IMG/VR virus record: IMGVR_UViG_3300024319_000003
Coordinates: 64,001-128,000 of that record
Reading direction: 5' to 3' (one strand)
Length of the DNA: 64,000 nucleotides
Source: a virus
Shown here: positions 19,009-29,649 of the stretch, one piece after another
Layout of the letters: each line of letters opens with the position of its first letter
How positions within the stretch are numbered: the first letter of the stretch is position 1
Notes under the pieces: generated by a model
Database searches by the model: none
What the model was told of the DNA's origin: nothing
What the model saw: only the letters and a program-made list of their open reading frames with translations
Program-made: the position numbers and the translations under genes

Positions 19009-19371
19009 ATGGACAATTTTGACTTAAGAAAATTTTTAGCTGAAAATAAAAAAACAGTTATTGAAAACCAAGATCATAGTGATGAAGAAGCGTTAGATCT
19101 AGTACCGGACCTTGATAAAGGAGGTAAAAATTATAGCGATAACGGGTACGAATCTTACAAACTGCAAGTTAAAGCAGGCTACCAGATCCCTGAACCTTAC
19201 TCACTGAAGAACTATAAAAATGCTGCCGAGTTAAATAAAGAACAAGCTAAAGACGAAGGACATAGAATAGGTAAATACGTTGTTGAACTTGAAGGTCAAG
19301 AATTAGAACAATTTGTTAACGACTGGATGAAAGCTTGGAATGAAGAAATCTCAGGAGGAGAAAAAGCATAG
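19009..19371 (+). CDS. Hypothetical protein with MDNFDLRKFLAE leader
   Basis: A-rich initiation region; leader ending FLAE. Confidence 0.55.
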   Translation: MDNFDLRKFLAENKKTVIENQDHSDEEALDLVPDLDKGGKNYSDNGYESYKLQVKAGYQIPEPYSLKNYKNAAELNKEQAKDEGHRIGKYVVELEGQELEQFVNDWMKAWNEEISGGEKA

Positions 19372-19390
19372 TAATAGTAACTAGCATAGA

Positions 19391-20791
19391 ATGAATCTTA
19401 TAGATAAAGTTTTATTAGAATGGTCCTATAAGACCAAAAAAGGGTATCCTGACATTAACAGTCAAGAGGATATGGATTTGTTTGAATCTATATTCGGTTT
19501 TAACCTTAATGAAACACCTCTTACACCAGCTGAATTAGATAAAGTAAATTCTAATACAAAAGAAAATAGAATTGATATACTAATAAGAAAAATTAAGAAC
19601 AAAGAACCTCTAGCTATAGATGATTCAGAAGATACTTTTTTAGTATATGATCCAAGAGGTGAAAAAGTAAGTGAATTAGAAAAATGGGATGTATCTAAAA
19701 AGGCAGTGACTCTTTTTAACAGAGAAGGAAATTCTATTACAACATCTAAATTAGCAAAATCAGCAGATTTTGGAGGTGGAGCAGGATCTGGAGCAGGATC
19801 AGCACAAACAGATATACAAGAATCAAGTATGTGTGCAGTTTTAGCTTTATACCAGAAACAAGGCAAATTAGAAGAGAAAGATCTTACCTCAGAAAATATA
19901 AAAAGTATTTCCAAAGATATAGAGACTACATCAAGCGTAGAGGAAATAGTAGATTATATTACTAATTCTCCCGGCTGGGCTTCTACATTTGTTAACACAG
20001 CTTCTTTATTATCTGGCTATTTAGATAAAGGGTACGAATTCCATCGAGGTTCATCATTTGTAGATTCTATATACGAAGTGTGGAAAAAAATAAAGAAAAA
20101 AAATAAATGGAGTATCAAAGATGATAAATGGAATCCATCGGATATTTGGGCAGTAAAACCAACAGGAAAAAATATTAAATTAGATAGTGAAACATTAGAA
20201 GAATATAACAACCAACTGTTAGATTTATTCAATAGTAGAACTTTAATAGGTATTTCGCTAAAGAAACTTGGTAAATCTCCAACTGTAAAAACAGTAAATA
20301 AAGAAAGAGTTTCAGAAATAGAAGTTTTAGATAGTATAATTTCTTCAGGCGGTTCTAAAGATGCTTATGTAAACACTAAATCAGGAAAAATATTACAACT
20401 TAGAACAACCGGTGGTAATTCGTTTCAAGGAGAATTGAAAGGTAAAACTGCCGCTCAAGGAAAAATAGGTGGAGGTGTACTCAAAACGTTTTTAGATAAA
20501 CAAGGATTAGGACCTATACCAACTCAGAAAGAATCTGCTAAGTTAGCTATAGAGTACACACCCTCATTTGTTAACGAATTACTCGAATTATGTAATGAAT
20601 ACTTCAGTATAACTGAAGAAGAATTAAATTCAAAAACTACTGATTGGTTAAATTCAAAGTACCAAGCATTAAAAGTAGCAAAGGTTTTAAAAACAGGTAG
20701 CAAGGATAAAGTAGAAGCAGCATTAACAGACATAGTAAATTATGCTGGTTCAAGAAGCTCTATTTCTGCTGTGTACCTAAAAGTAATGTAG
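19391..20791 (+). CDS. Putative PD-(D/E)XK-like endonuclease with leader
   Basis: QES...KWNPSDIW...IGISLKK restriction-enzyme-like spacing; N-terminal MNLIDKVLLE...FNLNE. Confidence 0.5.
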   Translation: MNLIDKVLLEWSYKTKKGYPDINSQEDMDLFESIFGFNLNETPLTPAELDKVNSNTKENRIDILIRKIKNKEPLAIDDSEDTFLVYDPRGEKVSELEKWDVSKKAVTLFNREGNSITTSKLAKSADFGGGAGSGAGSAQTDIQESSMCAVLALYQKQGKLEEKDLTSENIKSISKDIETTSSVEEIVDYITNSPGWASTFVNTASLLSGYLDKGYEFHRGSSFVDSIYEVWKKIKKKNKWSIKDDKWNPSDIWAVKPTGKNIKLDSETLEEYNNQLLDLFNSRTLIGISLKKLGKSPTVKTVNKERVSEIEVLDSIISSGGSKDAYVNTKSGKILQLRTTGGNSFQGELKGKTAAQGKIGGGVLKTFLDKQGLGPIPTQKESAKLAIEYTPSFVNELLELCNEYFSITEEELNSKTTDWLNSKYQALKVAKVLKTGSKDKVEAALTDIVNYAGSRSSISAVYLKVM

Positions 20792-20793
20792 TT

Positions 20794-22365
20794 ATGGCAA
20801 AAGACATAAAAAAAATAATAGCACAAGAGTATATCAAGTGTGCTAAAGATCCAGCATACTTTATGCGGAAATATTGTTATATACAGCACCCTACTAGAGG
20901 ACGTATCTTATTTAACCTATACCCATTTCAGGACAAAGTATTACATTTATTTAGAGATCATCAATACTTAATTACTCTTAAGTCTAGACAGTTAGGTATA
21001 TCTACCCTAGCAGCAGGTTACTCTCTGTGGCTTATGTTATTTCATAAAGATAAGAACGTACTTGCTCTAGCAACAACTCAAGCTACTGCAAGAAACTTAG
21101 TTTCTAAAACTATGTTTATGTATGATCAATTGCCAAAATGGTTGAAGCTACCTGCTTTAGAGAAAAATAAACTATCTTTAAGACTGAAGAATGGATCAAA
21201 AATTACAGCTAAATCTTCTAACGCCGATGCTGCAAGGTCAGAGGCAGTATCACTACTGCTTATCGATGAGGCAGCCTTTATTGACAACATTCAAGAAACG
21301 TTTACAGCAGCACAACAAACCTTAGCAACAGGTGGACAGTGTATGGCATTATCAACTCCTAACGGAATAGGTAACTGGTTTCATCAAACATGGGATAAAG
21401 CTGAATCAGGAGAAAACAGTTTTGTACCTATTAGACTACCTTGGACAGTTCACCCTGAAAGGAATGAGGAGTGGAGAATACAGCAAGATGCAGATCTAGG
21501 AGCAAGAATGGCAGGACAGGAATGTGATTGTGATTTCTTGGCATCTGGGGATACAGTATTTGAACCTGATGATATGTTATTTTACGAACAAACATACCAA
21601 AAAGATCCACTGGAAAAAAGAGGAGTCGACGGTAATTTATGGATATGGGAAGGAGTAGATTACTCTAAAACCTATATGGTAGTAGCAGATGTTGCGAGAG
21701 GAGACTCTGCAGATTATTCTGCATTTCATATATTTGATATTGAAAACTGTGTACAAGTAGGAGAATATAAAGGTAAACTTTCACCTAAAGATTACGGAAA
21801 CGTACTAGTAGGTATAGCATCAGAATTCAACGATGCTCTATTAGTAGTAGAAAACGCTAACATAGGTTGGGCTACAATAGAACAGATACTAGAAAGAGAA
21901 TATAAAAACCTATACTACAGCTCTAAATCACAAATGGAAACAGTAGAGTCCTACATGACTAAGTACGAAAGAGATAAACTAGTACCCGGGTTTACAATGT
22001 CGGTAAGAACTAGACCATTAGTAATAGCTAAGATGATTGAATACATCAGAGAAAAAGGAGTTACAATACAGTCTAAAAGGTTAATAGGTGAGATGAGAGT
22101 CTTTGTATGGAAAAATGGTAAACCACAAGCACAAATTAATTACAATGATGACTTACTTATAGCATGTGCTACAGCACTTTATGTAAGAGATACAGCACTA
22201 AGGTTAAGACAGCAAGGAATGGATCTAGCCAGAGCTCAACTATCATCATTCCAAAATTTAAACGCTCAAAACAAAGGAGTCATGAGATCAGTTGGAAACC
22301 AGCAAAATAATCCGTATATTGTAGATAATGGCTATGGACCCGAAGATATTTCTTGGTTACTTTAA
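20794..22365 (+). CDS. terL: Terminase large subunit (T4 gp17-like)
   Basis: YPFQ, KSRQLGIST Walker A, LLIDEAAF Walker B, STPNG coupling motif, VADVARG and NDDL nuclease residues. Confidence 0.93.
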   Translation: MAKDIKKIIAQEYIKCAKDPAYFMRKYCYIQHPTRGRILFNLYPFQDKVLHLFRDHQYLITLKSRQLGISTLAAGYSLWLMLFHKDKNVLALATTQATARNLVSKTMFMYDQLPKWLKLPALEKNKLSLRLKNGSKITAKSSNADAARSEAVSLLLIDEAAFIDNIQETFTAAQQTLATGGQCMALSTPNGIGNWFHQTWDKAESGENSFVPIRLPWTVHPERNEEWRIQQDADLGARMAGQECDCDFLASGDTVFEPDDMLFYEQTYQKDPLEKRGVDGNLWIWEGVDYSKTYMVVADVARGDSADYSAFHIFDIENCVQVGEYKGKLSPKDYGNVLVGIASEFNDALLVVENANIGWATIEQILEREYKNLYYSSKSQMETVESYMTKYERDKLVPGFTMSVRTRPLVIAKMIEYIREKGVTIQSKRLIGEMRVFVWKNGKPQAQINYNDDLLIACATALYVRDTALRLRQQGMDLARAQLSSFQNLNAQNKGVMRSVGNQQNNPYIVDNGYGPEDISWLL

Positions 22366-22371
22366 ACGAGC

Positions 22372-22379
22372 TATTTATA
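22372..22379 (+). promoter_or_regulatory. Putative late promoter TATTTATA
   Basis: Intergenic, 28 nt upstream of the portal gene. Confidence 0.6.
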
Positions 22380-22407
22380 ATATAGATACTAATAAAACAG
22401 AGCATTA

Positions 22408-24297
22408 ATGGCTGATACTTCTCTATTTGGGAGATTAAGAACTCTCTTCTCCTCGGACGTAATAATAAGAAATGTAGGTGGCGACCAGCTTAAGGTTGCT
22501 GATATAAACAAGATTCAAACAACAGGAAATTTTGAAACAAACTCACTAGTTGATAGATTTAGTAGGTTGCACATATATAACAATAAAAATATATACAATC
22601 CAAATCTAAATTACCAGACTCTAAGAGTACAGTTATACTCTGATTACGAAGCAATGGATACTGATCCTATAATTGCATCAGCGTTAGATATTTTAGCAGA
22701 TGAAGCAACACTTAAAAGCGATCAAGGAGAAGTTCTATCAATTAAATCATCAGATGAAAATCTACAAAGAGTTCTTTATAATCTATTCTACGATGTACTA
22801 AATATAGAATTTAACTTATGGTCATGGACTAGAAACATGTGTAAATATGGAGACTTTTTCCTAAAACTAGAAGTTGCTGAAACATTTGGAGTATACAACG
22901 TCCTTCCTTATACAGTCTATAATATGGCAAGATACGAAGGATTGGATCCGGAAGACCCAGGAAAAGTTCAATTCGCAATAGACCCAGACGGTATTATGGC
23001 TTCAAATGAACCTACATACGTTCCTAAAAGAGACAGTAATGCGATAGTATTAGACAATTATGAAGTAGCTCACTTTAGGTTACTATCAGATACTAACTAC
23101 CTTCCTTATGGTAGATCATACATCGAACCAGCTAGAAAAATATTTAAACAACTTACATTAATGGAAGATGCGATGTTAATACATCGTATAATGAGAGCAC
23201 CAGAAAAGAGAACTTTCTTTGTAAACGTAGGTTCTATACCTCCTGCAGAAGTTGATCAGTTTATGCAAAAGACTATCAACACAATGAAGAAAACACCTTA
23301 TGTTGACCCTAAAACAGGTCAGTATAATTTAAAGTTCAATATGCAGAATATGATGGAAGACTTCTACGTTCCTGTAAGGGGAGGGGATGCTTCTACTAGA
23401 ATAGAAACAACTAAAGGACTGGATTATGATGGAACAAACGATATAGACTACTTACAGTCTAAAATGTTCGCCGCTCTTAAGGTACCTAAAGCATATTTTG
23501 GATATGAAGGGGATTTACAAGGAAAAGCTACTTTAGCAGCAGAAGATATAAGATTTGCTCGGACTGTAGAAAGAATACAGAGAATATTAGAATCTGAATT
23601 AACTAAGATTGCGTTAGTACATTTATATACACAAGGATTTACTGGAGAAAGTTTAACAAACTTTGAAATATCTTTAACTAATCCGTCTATTATATTTGAA
23701 CAAGAAAAAGTAGCACTGCTTAAAGAGAAGGTTGATTTAGCTAATCAAATGAAAGACTCTAAACTATTTTCAACAGATTATATATACGATAGTATATTTA
23801 ACCTATCAGAAGATAAGTACAACGAAATGAGAGATCTAGTAAGAGAAGACTCTAAACGAATCTTTAGATTAGGTCAATTAGAAGCAGAAGGAAACGATCC
23901 AGCTAAATCTGGACGTTCTTACGGTACTCCTCATGACTTAGCATCTATGTACGGTAGAAGAGCAACATCAACAGAAAAAGGAAACGGCCCAGGAGAAGTA
24001 CCTCCAGGGTATAGCGAAATAGGACCTGAAGGAGGAAGACCAAGAGAAAAAATGTCCGTTTACGGAACTAATAATGACCCATTAGGAGGTAGAGACAGAT
24101 TAGGAGTACATGGAATGCATGGAGGGTATGACTCAGATAATGAAAACGTAATGGAATCTAACAACCTTCTTACACAGAAAGTATACCATCAAATAAAAGA
24201 TTCATTTAAACAAGATAAAGAAATGGTATATGAAACAAAAAATAAAGATGAGTCTAAACTATTAGACGAGAATCAACTTAAAGATTTAGATAACTAG
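22408..24297 (+). CDS. gp20: Portal protein (T4 gp20-like)
   Basis: LMEDAMLIHRIMRAPEKRTF, MMEDFYVP, ALKVPK; follows terminase. Confidence 0.92.
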   Translation: MADTSLFGRLRTLFSSDVIIRNVGGDQLKVADINKIQTTGNFETNSLVDRFSRLHIYNNKNIYNPNLNYQTLRVQLYSDYEAMDTDPIIASALDILADEATLKSDQGEVLSIKSSDENLQRVLYNLFYDVLNIEFNLWSWTRNMCKYGDFFLKLEVAETFGVYNVLPYTVYNMARYEGLDPEDPGKVQFAIDPDGIMASNEPTYVPKRDSNAIVLDNYEVAHFRLLSDTNYLPYGRSYIEPARKIFKQLTLMEDAMLIHRIMRAPEKRTFFVNVGSIPPAEVDQFMQKTINTMKKTPYVDPKTGQYNLKFNMQNMMEDFYVPVRGGDASTRIETTKGLDYDGTNDIDYLQSKMFAALKVPKAYFGYEGDLQGKATLAAEDIRFARTVERIQRILESELTKIALVHLYTQGFTGESLTNFEISLTNPSIIFEQEKVALLKEKVDLANQMKDSKLFSTDYIYDSIFNLSEDKYNEMRDLVREDSKRIFRLGQLEAEGNDPAKSGRSYGTPHDLASMYGRRATSTEKGNGPGEVPPGYSEIGPEGGRPREKMSVYGTNNDPLGGRDRLGVHGMHGGYDSDNENVMESNNLLTQKVYHQIKDSFKQDKEMVYETKNKDESKLLDENQLKDLDN

Positions 24298-24301
24298 CCC
24301 A

Positions 24302-24309
24302 TATTTATA
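24302..24309 (+). promoter_or_regulatory. Putative late promoter TATTTATA
   Basis: Intergenic, upstream of ORF 24327. Confidence 0.6.
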
Positions 24310-24326
24310 TATAGGAACCGTACATT

Positions 24327-25181
24327 ATGAAGATAAAACATTCAAAGTTTAAAAATACCGGCCTGATTTACGAACTATTAGTAAAGCAGATAGCAGCAGA
24401 CACTTTGTCAAAAAGTGAATCACCAGCTTTAGGTATACTCAAAGAGTTTTTTGCAGGTAGCTCTACACTAGCCAAAGAATTGAAACTTTATGAGTATATA
24501 CTTAAAAATACTAATTTAGTTGAAGTAAAAGCTGAAACAGTTTTATCAACTATCACTGAAATTTCTAGAAAGCTAAATCAAAAGGCACTAAAAGAACAGA
24601 AGTATAGATTAATCTCAGAAGTTAAGAAACATTATAATATTGAAGAGTTCTTCGGTATACAAGTTAGAGATTATAAAGCACTAGCAGCTATGTACTGTTT
24701 ATTAGAAGCACAAAATTCTAGCACATTAGTTGCACCAGAATTTTTAATTAATAATAAACTTACTATTCTAGAGCACCTAACTTCTTCTAAAGTAGATAAA
24801 GATGCAGTAAAAGATACACTTATTGAAGAGTATGCTAAATACGATAAGGATTTAAGACTACTTACATATAAAATTCTTTTAGAGAAATTTAATTCCAACT
24901 ATAAAGATTTACTACCAGAACAGAAATACATACTTAAAGAGTTTATAACCTCAGTTGACTCAACTACTAGACTTAGAAACATAGTTAATGAAGAGATAGT
25001 AAAAATTAAAGAGCTTATTAGTGAACTATCTTCTAAAGTAAAGGACGAAGTAGTAAGGATAAAATTAGAGGAAGTAGTTAAATCAATAAAGACTTTAACT
25101 AAGACAGAAAAAATTACAGATAACCACCTTGTTAATCTTATGCAATATTATGATTTGGTAAATGAGATGAAATCAGTATGA
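24327..25181 (+). CDS. Helical head-module protein of unknown function
   Basis: Lies between portal and prohead protease; L/K/E-rich. Confidence 0.55.
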   Translation: MKIKHSKFKNTGLIYELLVKQIAADTLSKSESPALGILKEFFAGSSTLAKELKLYEYILKNTNLVEVKAETVLSTITEISRKLNQKALKEQKYRLISEVKKHYNIEEFFGIQVRDYKALAAMYCLLEAQNSSTLVAPEFLINNKLTILEHLTSSKVDKDAVKDTLIEEYAKYDKDLRLLTYKILLEKFNSNYKDLLPEQKYILKEFITSVDSTTRLRNIVNEEIVKIKELISELSSKVKDEVVRIKLEEVVKSIKTLTKTEKITDNHLVNLMQYYDLVNEMKSV

Positions 25182-25408
25182 AAAAAAGCACAATAAGAAA
25201 AGCTATAAAAGAAGTAATAGAAGAACTTAGCACCTCAGCAGCAGTAGGAGGGTATCAAACTCCATTTGCCTTTAGTAAAAAGAAAGGTGATAATAGAGCA
25301 ACAAAGCAAGCTGAAAAGCTAGGTTTTAAAAAAGTTAAAAATAAAAAAAGACCTTATAACACTAAAATGTTTGATTACTTAGATGAAAACAATACAAGAA
25401 AAATATAA
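25178..25408 (+). CDS. Small basic protein with leader
   Basis: MKKSTIRKAIKEVIEE followed by ...GGYQTPFAF. Confidence 0.5.
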   Translation: MKKSTIRKAIKEVIEELSTSAAVGGYQTPFAFSKKKGDNRATKQAEKLGFKKVKNKKRPYNTKMFDYLDENNTRKI

Positions 25409-27836
25409 CGCAGTTGTAGAGGGTACATTCTCTAAACAACAATTCCTTAAAGATGCTAAGAGAGAGCTATCTCAATTCCTATCTCCCTTTAACGGATTCC
25501 CAGACACAGTATCAATCCTTAAAAGTAAAGGGATTCTTTTTGAAGCTAAAAAAGAAGCTTCATTAGAGTACGAATGCCCAGTATCTCAATACTCGGTAGA
25601 GGACCTAACAAGAGGGGTAGACTTTGAATTAGAAAAAGCTGGAGTAGATTCGGCTGCTACTGTAACCAAAGAGGATAAAGATAAAGCAGAGAAAATTGCA
25701 ATCAAAAACCTTGAAAAAGATAGAATGCACTACCTTAACATACTAGCAGGAGAATCAGCAAAAGTTGATAAGCACGATAAAATGGTAGAACCAACTGATA
25801 AGAATAAAGTAGATACTTTTAACGGCATGAAAAAAGCTGATTTAAAAGAAAACTATACCAAAGAAAAGTTACTGAAAAAATTAGGTGACGCAGACGATGC
25901 TCGTATTCAAACCGGTAACGGAAAAGAATATATAATTTATAATCCTAATTCTAATAATGATGATAATGCTGCAATGTGGCATGACGATACTGTATTTGCT
26001 GTTGACCTAGATGGACAAGAAGAAGAAATAGATTATAGAGATATAGGATTAGTAATGGTAGAAGATATCAAAGAAAGTAATCAAGAAGAATCTATTGCAA
26101 ATTTTATTATAAAGTACTACTCTAACCCCAACACAGGAAAAAGTCTAATAGATGATGATATTATAGGTGACTTTTTCGCAACACACCCTGAATCAAGAGA
26201 TCAAGAACCTCAAGATGCATTAGATAATTTTCAAGAGTTCTTATCAGTAAATTACGAAATGCCTGGGGACTACATGCAAGAAGCAGAAGATTTAACACTA
26301 GAGCCTGAAGATACTGACAATCCAGATGAAACTTTAATAGCTATAGGTAGAGGATATTTAGAGGGTTTTAATAGACCTCATTCTCTAACTAACGGCGATT
26401 TAGAAATTTTAGGGAAAAAAGTAGTAGATAACCTATATAAAGGAGATCTTGAAGCAGCCAAAACACAATTTGTAGCAGAAGCTATGACTGATGATGAAAT
26501 GAAAAAGATTGCTAAGTACGGTAAAGATACAGATATGAAAGCAATTGATAAAATTTATAAATTAGGAGACAAATTTTCAACAGACTTTGACTACGACGGA
26601 ATGCTAAAAGCAGGGCTTAAACTTAAAATAAGTACTCCTTTAGATAAAATGCAAAAACTTTATGACTCTTTTGAAGATGTAAATTACCATAGAGAAAACG
26701 GACATTTAGGTAATGCTATAGACTACATACAAGATGGAGATAAAAAAGGAGCTTTAGATCACTTAAAGATGTTTAGACAAGCAGTACGTAAAACTTTAGG
26801 AGAAATGGACGAAGGAGCTGATAAGGTAAGAAAAGTAGTAGCAGAGGATAGTGATATACAGGAAAGTCGAGGAGCATTTGATTTATGCGTTCAAGGAATT
26901 CAAGATATCGCCACAGATGGAGATGTTAGCGAGAAAGATGCTGCTATGGAAATGATGATAGCAATTGCTGATAAGTATGATTTTAATCTAGCAGGATTAG
27001 AGTCTCAACTGTTCCATGGAGATGATTCAATTAACGAAGGTAGAAGAAGAAAGACTAAAGGAGGTAAAGTAGTAACTGAAAACGACTACGAAACTGGAGG
27101 ATATGTTGAGAGTATGGGACCTTTATTTGATAAAGGAGTTAATATGCTAATCAAGGCTTGGGAAGAATGGAAAATGGGTCCAATGACAGAACCAGGAATG
27201 GTAGAGTTTGCTAAAAAAGATGTATTGACATACCTAGAAACTCAATTTATGGTAGAAAATCTTGAAGAAGCTAAAGGTAAAGATCACGATGGAGATGGAG
27301 ATGTAGATGGAGATGATTATATGGCTAGTAAAGATGCTGCTATTAAAAAAGCAATGGGCAAGGAGAAGGTAGTTAAAGAAAATATTAAATCTATAATTGT
27401 TAAGGTATTAGAAGAAGGGGTAGTAAATGAAGCTGCAACAAATGCATTAGCAGATTTCTCTGAAACATACGGAGGATATGAAGGAATGAAACAATCAATT
27501 ATAAATCTTCAAGATGTTGTAACAGATATTGAAGCATACTACGATAAAACAAGAAGTAAGATTCAGAAAGTATATGACACTTTAGGTGATATTAGGAATG
27601 AAGAAGGTCTAAAAGTAGGAGGATTTTTAGCTCCTGCAATAGAGCAAGCATTTAATAAGGACTTAAGACCAGCAATTAAAGGTGGATTCACAAAAGGACT
27701 AACACAACCTAAAGTAAAAATGATATCACAGAAAGATATTGAAACACAAAATCCTCTAGGAGAAGTAGAAAAAGAAACGGTATACTCAAGACCTACAGTT
27801 AATGGAACTTTACAAGAAAATAAAAAAAGAAAATAA
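25383..27836 (+). CDS. Large acidic mosaic protein, putative prohead core/internal polyprotein
   Basis: MKTIQE start; many hydrophobic-x-E sites; DHDGDGDVDGDDY loop; located in the head module. Confidence 0.5.
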   Translation: MKTIQEKYNAVVEGTFSKQQFLKDAKRELSQFLSPFNGFPDTVSILKSKGILFEAKKEASLEYECPVSQYSVEDLTRGVDFELEKAGVDSAATVTKEDKDKAEKIAIKNLEKDRMHYLNILAGESAKVDKHDKMVEPTDKNKVDTFNGMKKADLKENYTKEKLLKKLGDADDARIQTGNGKEYIIYNPNSNNDDNAAMWHDDTVFAVDLDGQEEEIDYRDIGLVMVEDIKESNQEESIANFIIKYYSNPNTGKSLIDDDIIGDFFATHPESRDQEPQDALDNFQEFLSVNYEMPGDYMQEAEDLTLEPEDTDNPDETLIAIGRGYLEGFNRPHSLTNGDLEILGKKVVDNLYKGDLEAAKTQFVAEAMTDDEMKKIAKYGKDTDMKAIDKIYKLGDKFSTDFDYDGMLKAGLKLKISTPLDKMQKLYDSFEDVNYHRENGHLGNAIDYIQDGDKKGALDHLKMFRQAVRKTLGEMDEGADKVRKVVAEDSDIQESRGAFDLCVQGIQDIATDGDVSEKDAAMEMMIAIADKYDFNLAGLESQLFHGDDSINEGRRRKTKGGKVVTENDYETGGYVESMGPLFDKGVNMLIKAWEEWKMGPMTEPGMVEFAKKDVLTYLETQFMVENLEEAKGKDHDGDGDVDGDDYMASKDAAIKKAMGKEKVVKENIKSIIVKVLEEGVVNEAATNALADFSETYGGYEGMKQSIINLQDVVTDIEAYYDKTRSKIQKVYDTLGDIRNEEGLKVGGFLAPAIEQAFNKDLRPAIKGGFTKGLTQPKVKMISQKDIETQNPLGEVEKETVYSRPTVNGTLQENKKRK

Positions 27837-28462
27837 TGAAAGATAACTTTGACATATATAGTTGGAATCAAAAAAGACGTTTAACAGAAGCACGCAAGCT
27901 AGAAGAAGCACAAGCAGTTAACCTTCCTACAATACCCGACTCAGTACTTAATAACTTTGCAAACCAGATAAAAAACCCACAAACAATGGCATCTGCAGTC
28001 ATTGCTCTGGTAAATAAGTTAGCGGAAAAAGAAAACGAAAATATTCTTAAAAATCCTAAAATAGCAAGAGCAATTGACTTACTAAAAGATATTGATCCTG
28101 CAGATGGAGAAGTTGAAGAAGCTTTAAAAATGACAGCATCAACAGAAACTCTTAGAAAAATAATATTTAAATTATTAGATGACGGACAGATCCAACCAGA
28201 AACAGCTGATGATATACTAAATGCTATTTCAAACTCACCATCAGATAATATATATGAAGCTAGAGTTGATAGAGAAGTAGCGGAACGTATCGAAGGTTTA
28301 TTAAACCAACAATTAAAAGCTAAATTCTTAAACTATTTTCAAGAACTTTACACTGATTTAGTACAGGACGATTTATTTTACGCAGAAGATGTTGTTAACC
28401 ATTTAAATAACGAGATGCATAAAATCATAAAAGTAGCATCTAAAGATGATTTAAATCTTTAA
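27836..28462 (+). CDS. Hypothetical head-module protein with leader
   Basis: MKDNFD...RLTE leader, similar to ORF 19009. Confidence 0.5.
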   Translation: MKDNFDIYSWNQKRRLTEARKLEEAQAVNLPTIPDSVLNNFANQIKNPQTMASAVIALVNKLAEKENENILKNPKIARAIDLLKDIDPADGEVEEALKMTASTETLRKIIFKLLDDGQIQPETADDILNAISNSPSDNIYEARVDREVAERIEGLLNQQLKAKFLNYFQELYTDLVQDDLFYAEDVVNHLNNEMHKIIKVASKDDLNL

Positions 28463-28482
28463 TCTGAAAAAACAAAAATAAC

Positions 28483-29061
28483 ATGGCACAATTACTTATA
28501 GAAGTTACATCATTTAATCCTATTCTAAGAGAATCCAAAGAAAGACCTGGAGTATACGAAGTAGAAGGAGTTATGCAAAGAGCAACTGCAAAGAATCAAA
28601 ATGGTAGAACTTATAGTAAAGCTATTTTAGAAAGAGAAACTAAGAAGTATATCTCTGAATTTGTTTCAAACGGTAATGCATTTGGAGAATTAGATCACCC
28701 TGAGTCTCCCATTGTCTCTCTAAAGAACGCTTCACACATAGTAAAAGACTTATGGTGGAAGGGAAACGACCTTATGGGACGTGTGGAACTACTAAATACA
28801 CCTTCAGGTAATATTGTAAAAGAAATAATTAAAGCAGGACACACTATAGGGATATCATCTAGAGGAACAGGCTCAGTACAACAAACAAATGAAGGAGCAT
28901 TAGAAGTGCAAGATGATTTTGAATTGGTATGTTGGGATTTTGTATCTAATCCTTCTACTCATGGAGCATTTATGAATCCTATTTCACTTAATGAAGGAAA
29001 AGGTAAGGCATCTAAGTTTATTAAGCTGGATGCAATCTTAAACGATATACTAAGAGCTTAA
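28483..29061 (+). CDS. gp21: Prohead core protease (T4 gp21-like)
   Basis: NQNGRTY, GELDHP (His), GISSRG (Ser), DFVSNPS. Confidence 0.92.
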   Translation: MAQLLIEVTSFNPILRESKERPGVYEVEGVMQRATAKNQNGRTYSKAILERETKKYISEFVSNGNAFGELDHPESPIVSLKNASHIVKDLWWKGNDLMGRVELLNTPSGNIVKEIIKAGHTIGISSRGTGSVQQTNEGALEVQDDFELVCWDFVSNPSTHGAFMNPISLNEGKGKASKFIKLDAILNDILRA

Positions 29062-29606
29062 TGAAGTTAGCAAGTATTATTCTAGAAGCAGAAGGTAATG
29101 CTGAACCAGGAATGGGGCAAATGGCAGACCAAATAGCAAAAGCAATAGAAAAAGAGCTAAGACCGCATAAAGGTGAATTAGACGGAGATACAAACGAAGT
29201 CGCTGGAGTAGTAGGTATAATAGGATATATACTTCTATCTAACACAGTAGCACATATGCTTGCTAAGATTGCTAAATCGCTATCTAAGAAATATAATAAA
29301 CCCGGAATACTCAAAAGTGCTGAATGGTGGGAAGACTTCACACATAAGAACGAAGCAGCGTTTATGGCACCTATCAAACGTATAGTGGGCATGTTTACTA
29401 AAGATGAAAAGAAGAAATCAGCAGCAACTAAAATAGTATACGGTATCTTAATTTTCTTAATGGCAGGTCAAGCAGGAGGAGGAGCTCTACAAGCTCTTAA
29501 AACTACTAGATGGGCAGCAGCAGCAGGTCTTTCCGCAAAAGCATTAATTAAAGGCGTGGAAGTAACCTCTCTACTTAAACAGGCAGCATCAGATCTAGTA
29601 TCTTAA
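29061..29606 (+). CDS. Hydrophobic protein with MKLASIILE leader
   Basis: Two to three G/A-rich hydrophobic segments. Confidence 0.5.
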   Translation: MKLASIILEAEGNAEPGMGQMADQIAKAIEKELRPHKGELDGDTNEVAGVVGIIGYILLSNTVAHMLAKIAKSLSKKYNKPGILKSAEWWEDFTHKNEAAFMAPIKRIVGMFTKDEKKKSAATKIVYGILIFLMAGQAGGGALQALKTTRWAAAAGLSAKALIKGVEVTSLLKQAASDLVS

Positions 29607-29649
29607 TGTAACGATAATTCCTCGGACGCTACCGACGAGCAGGAAAGTT

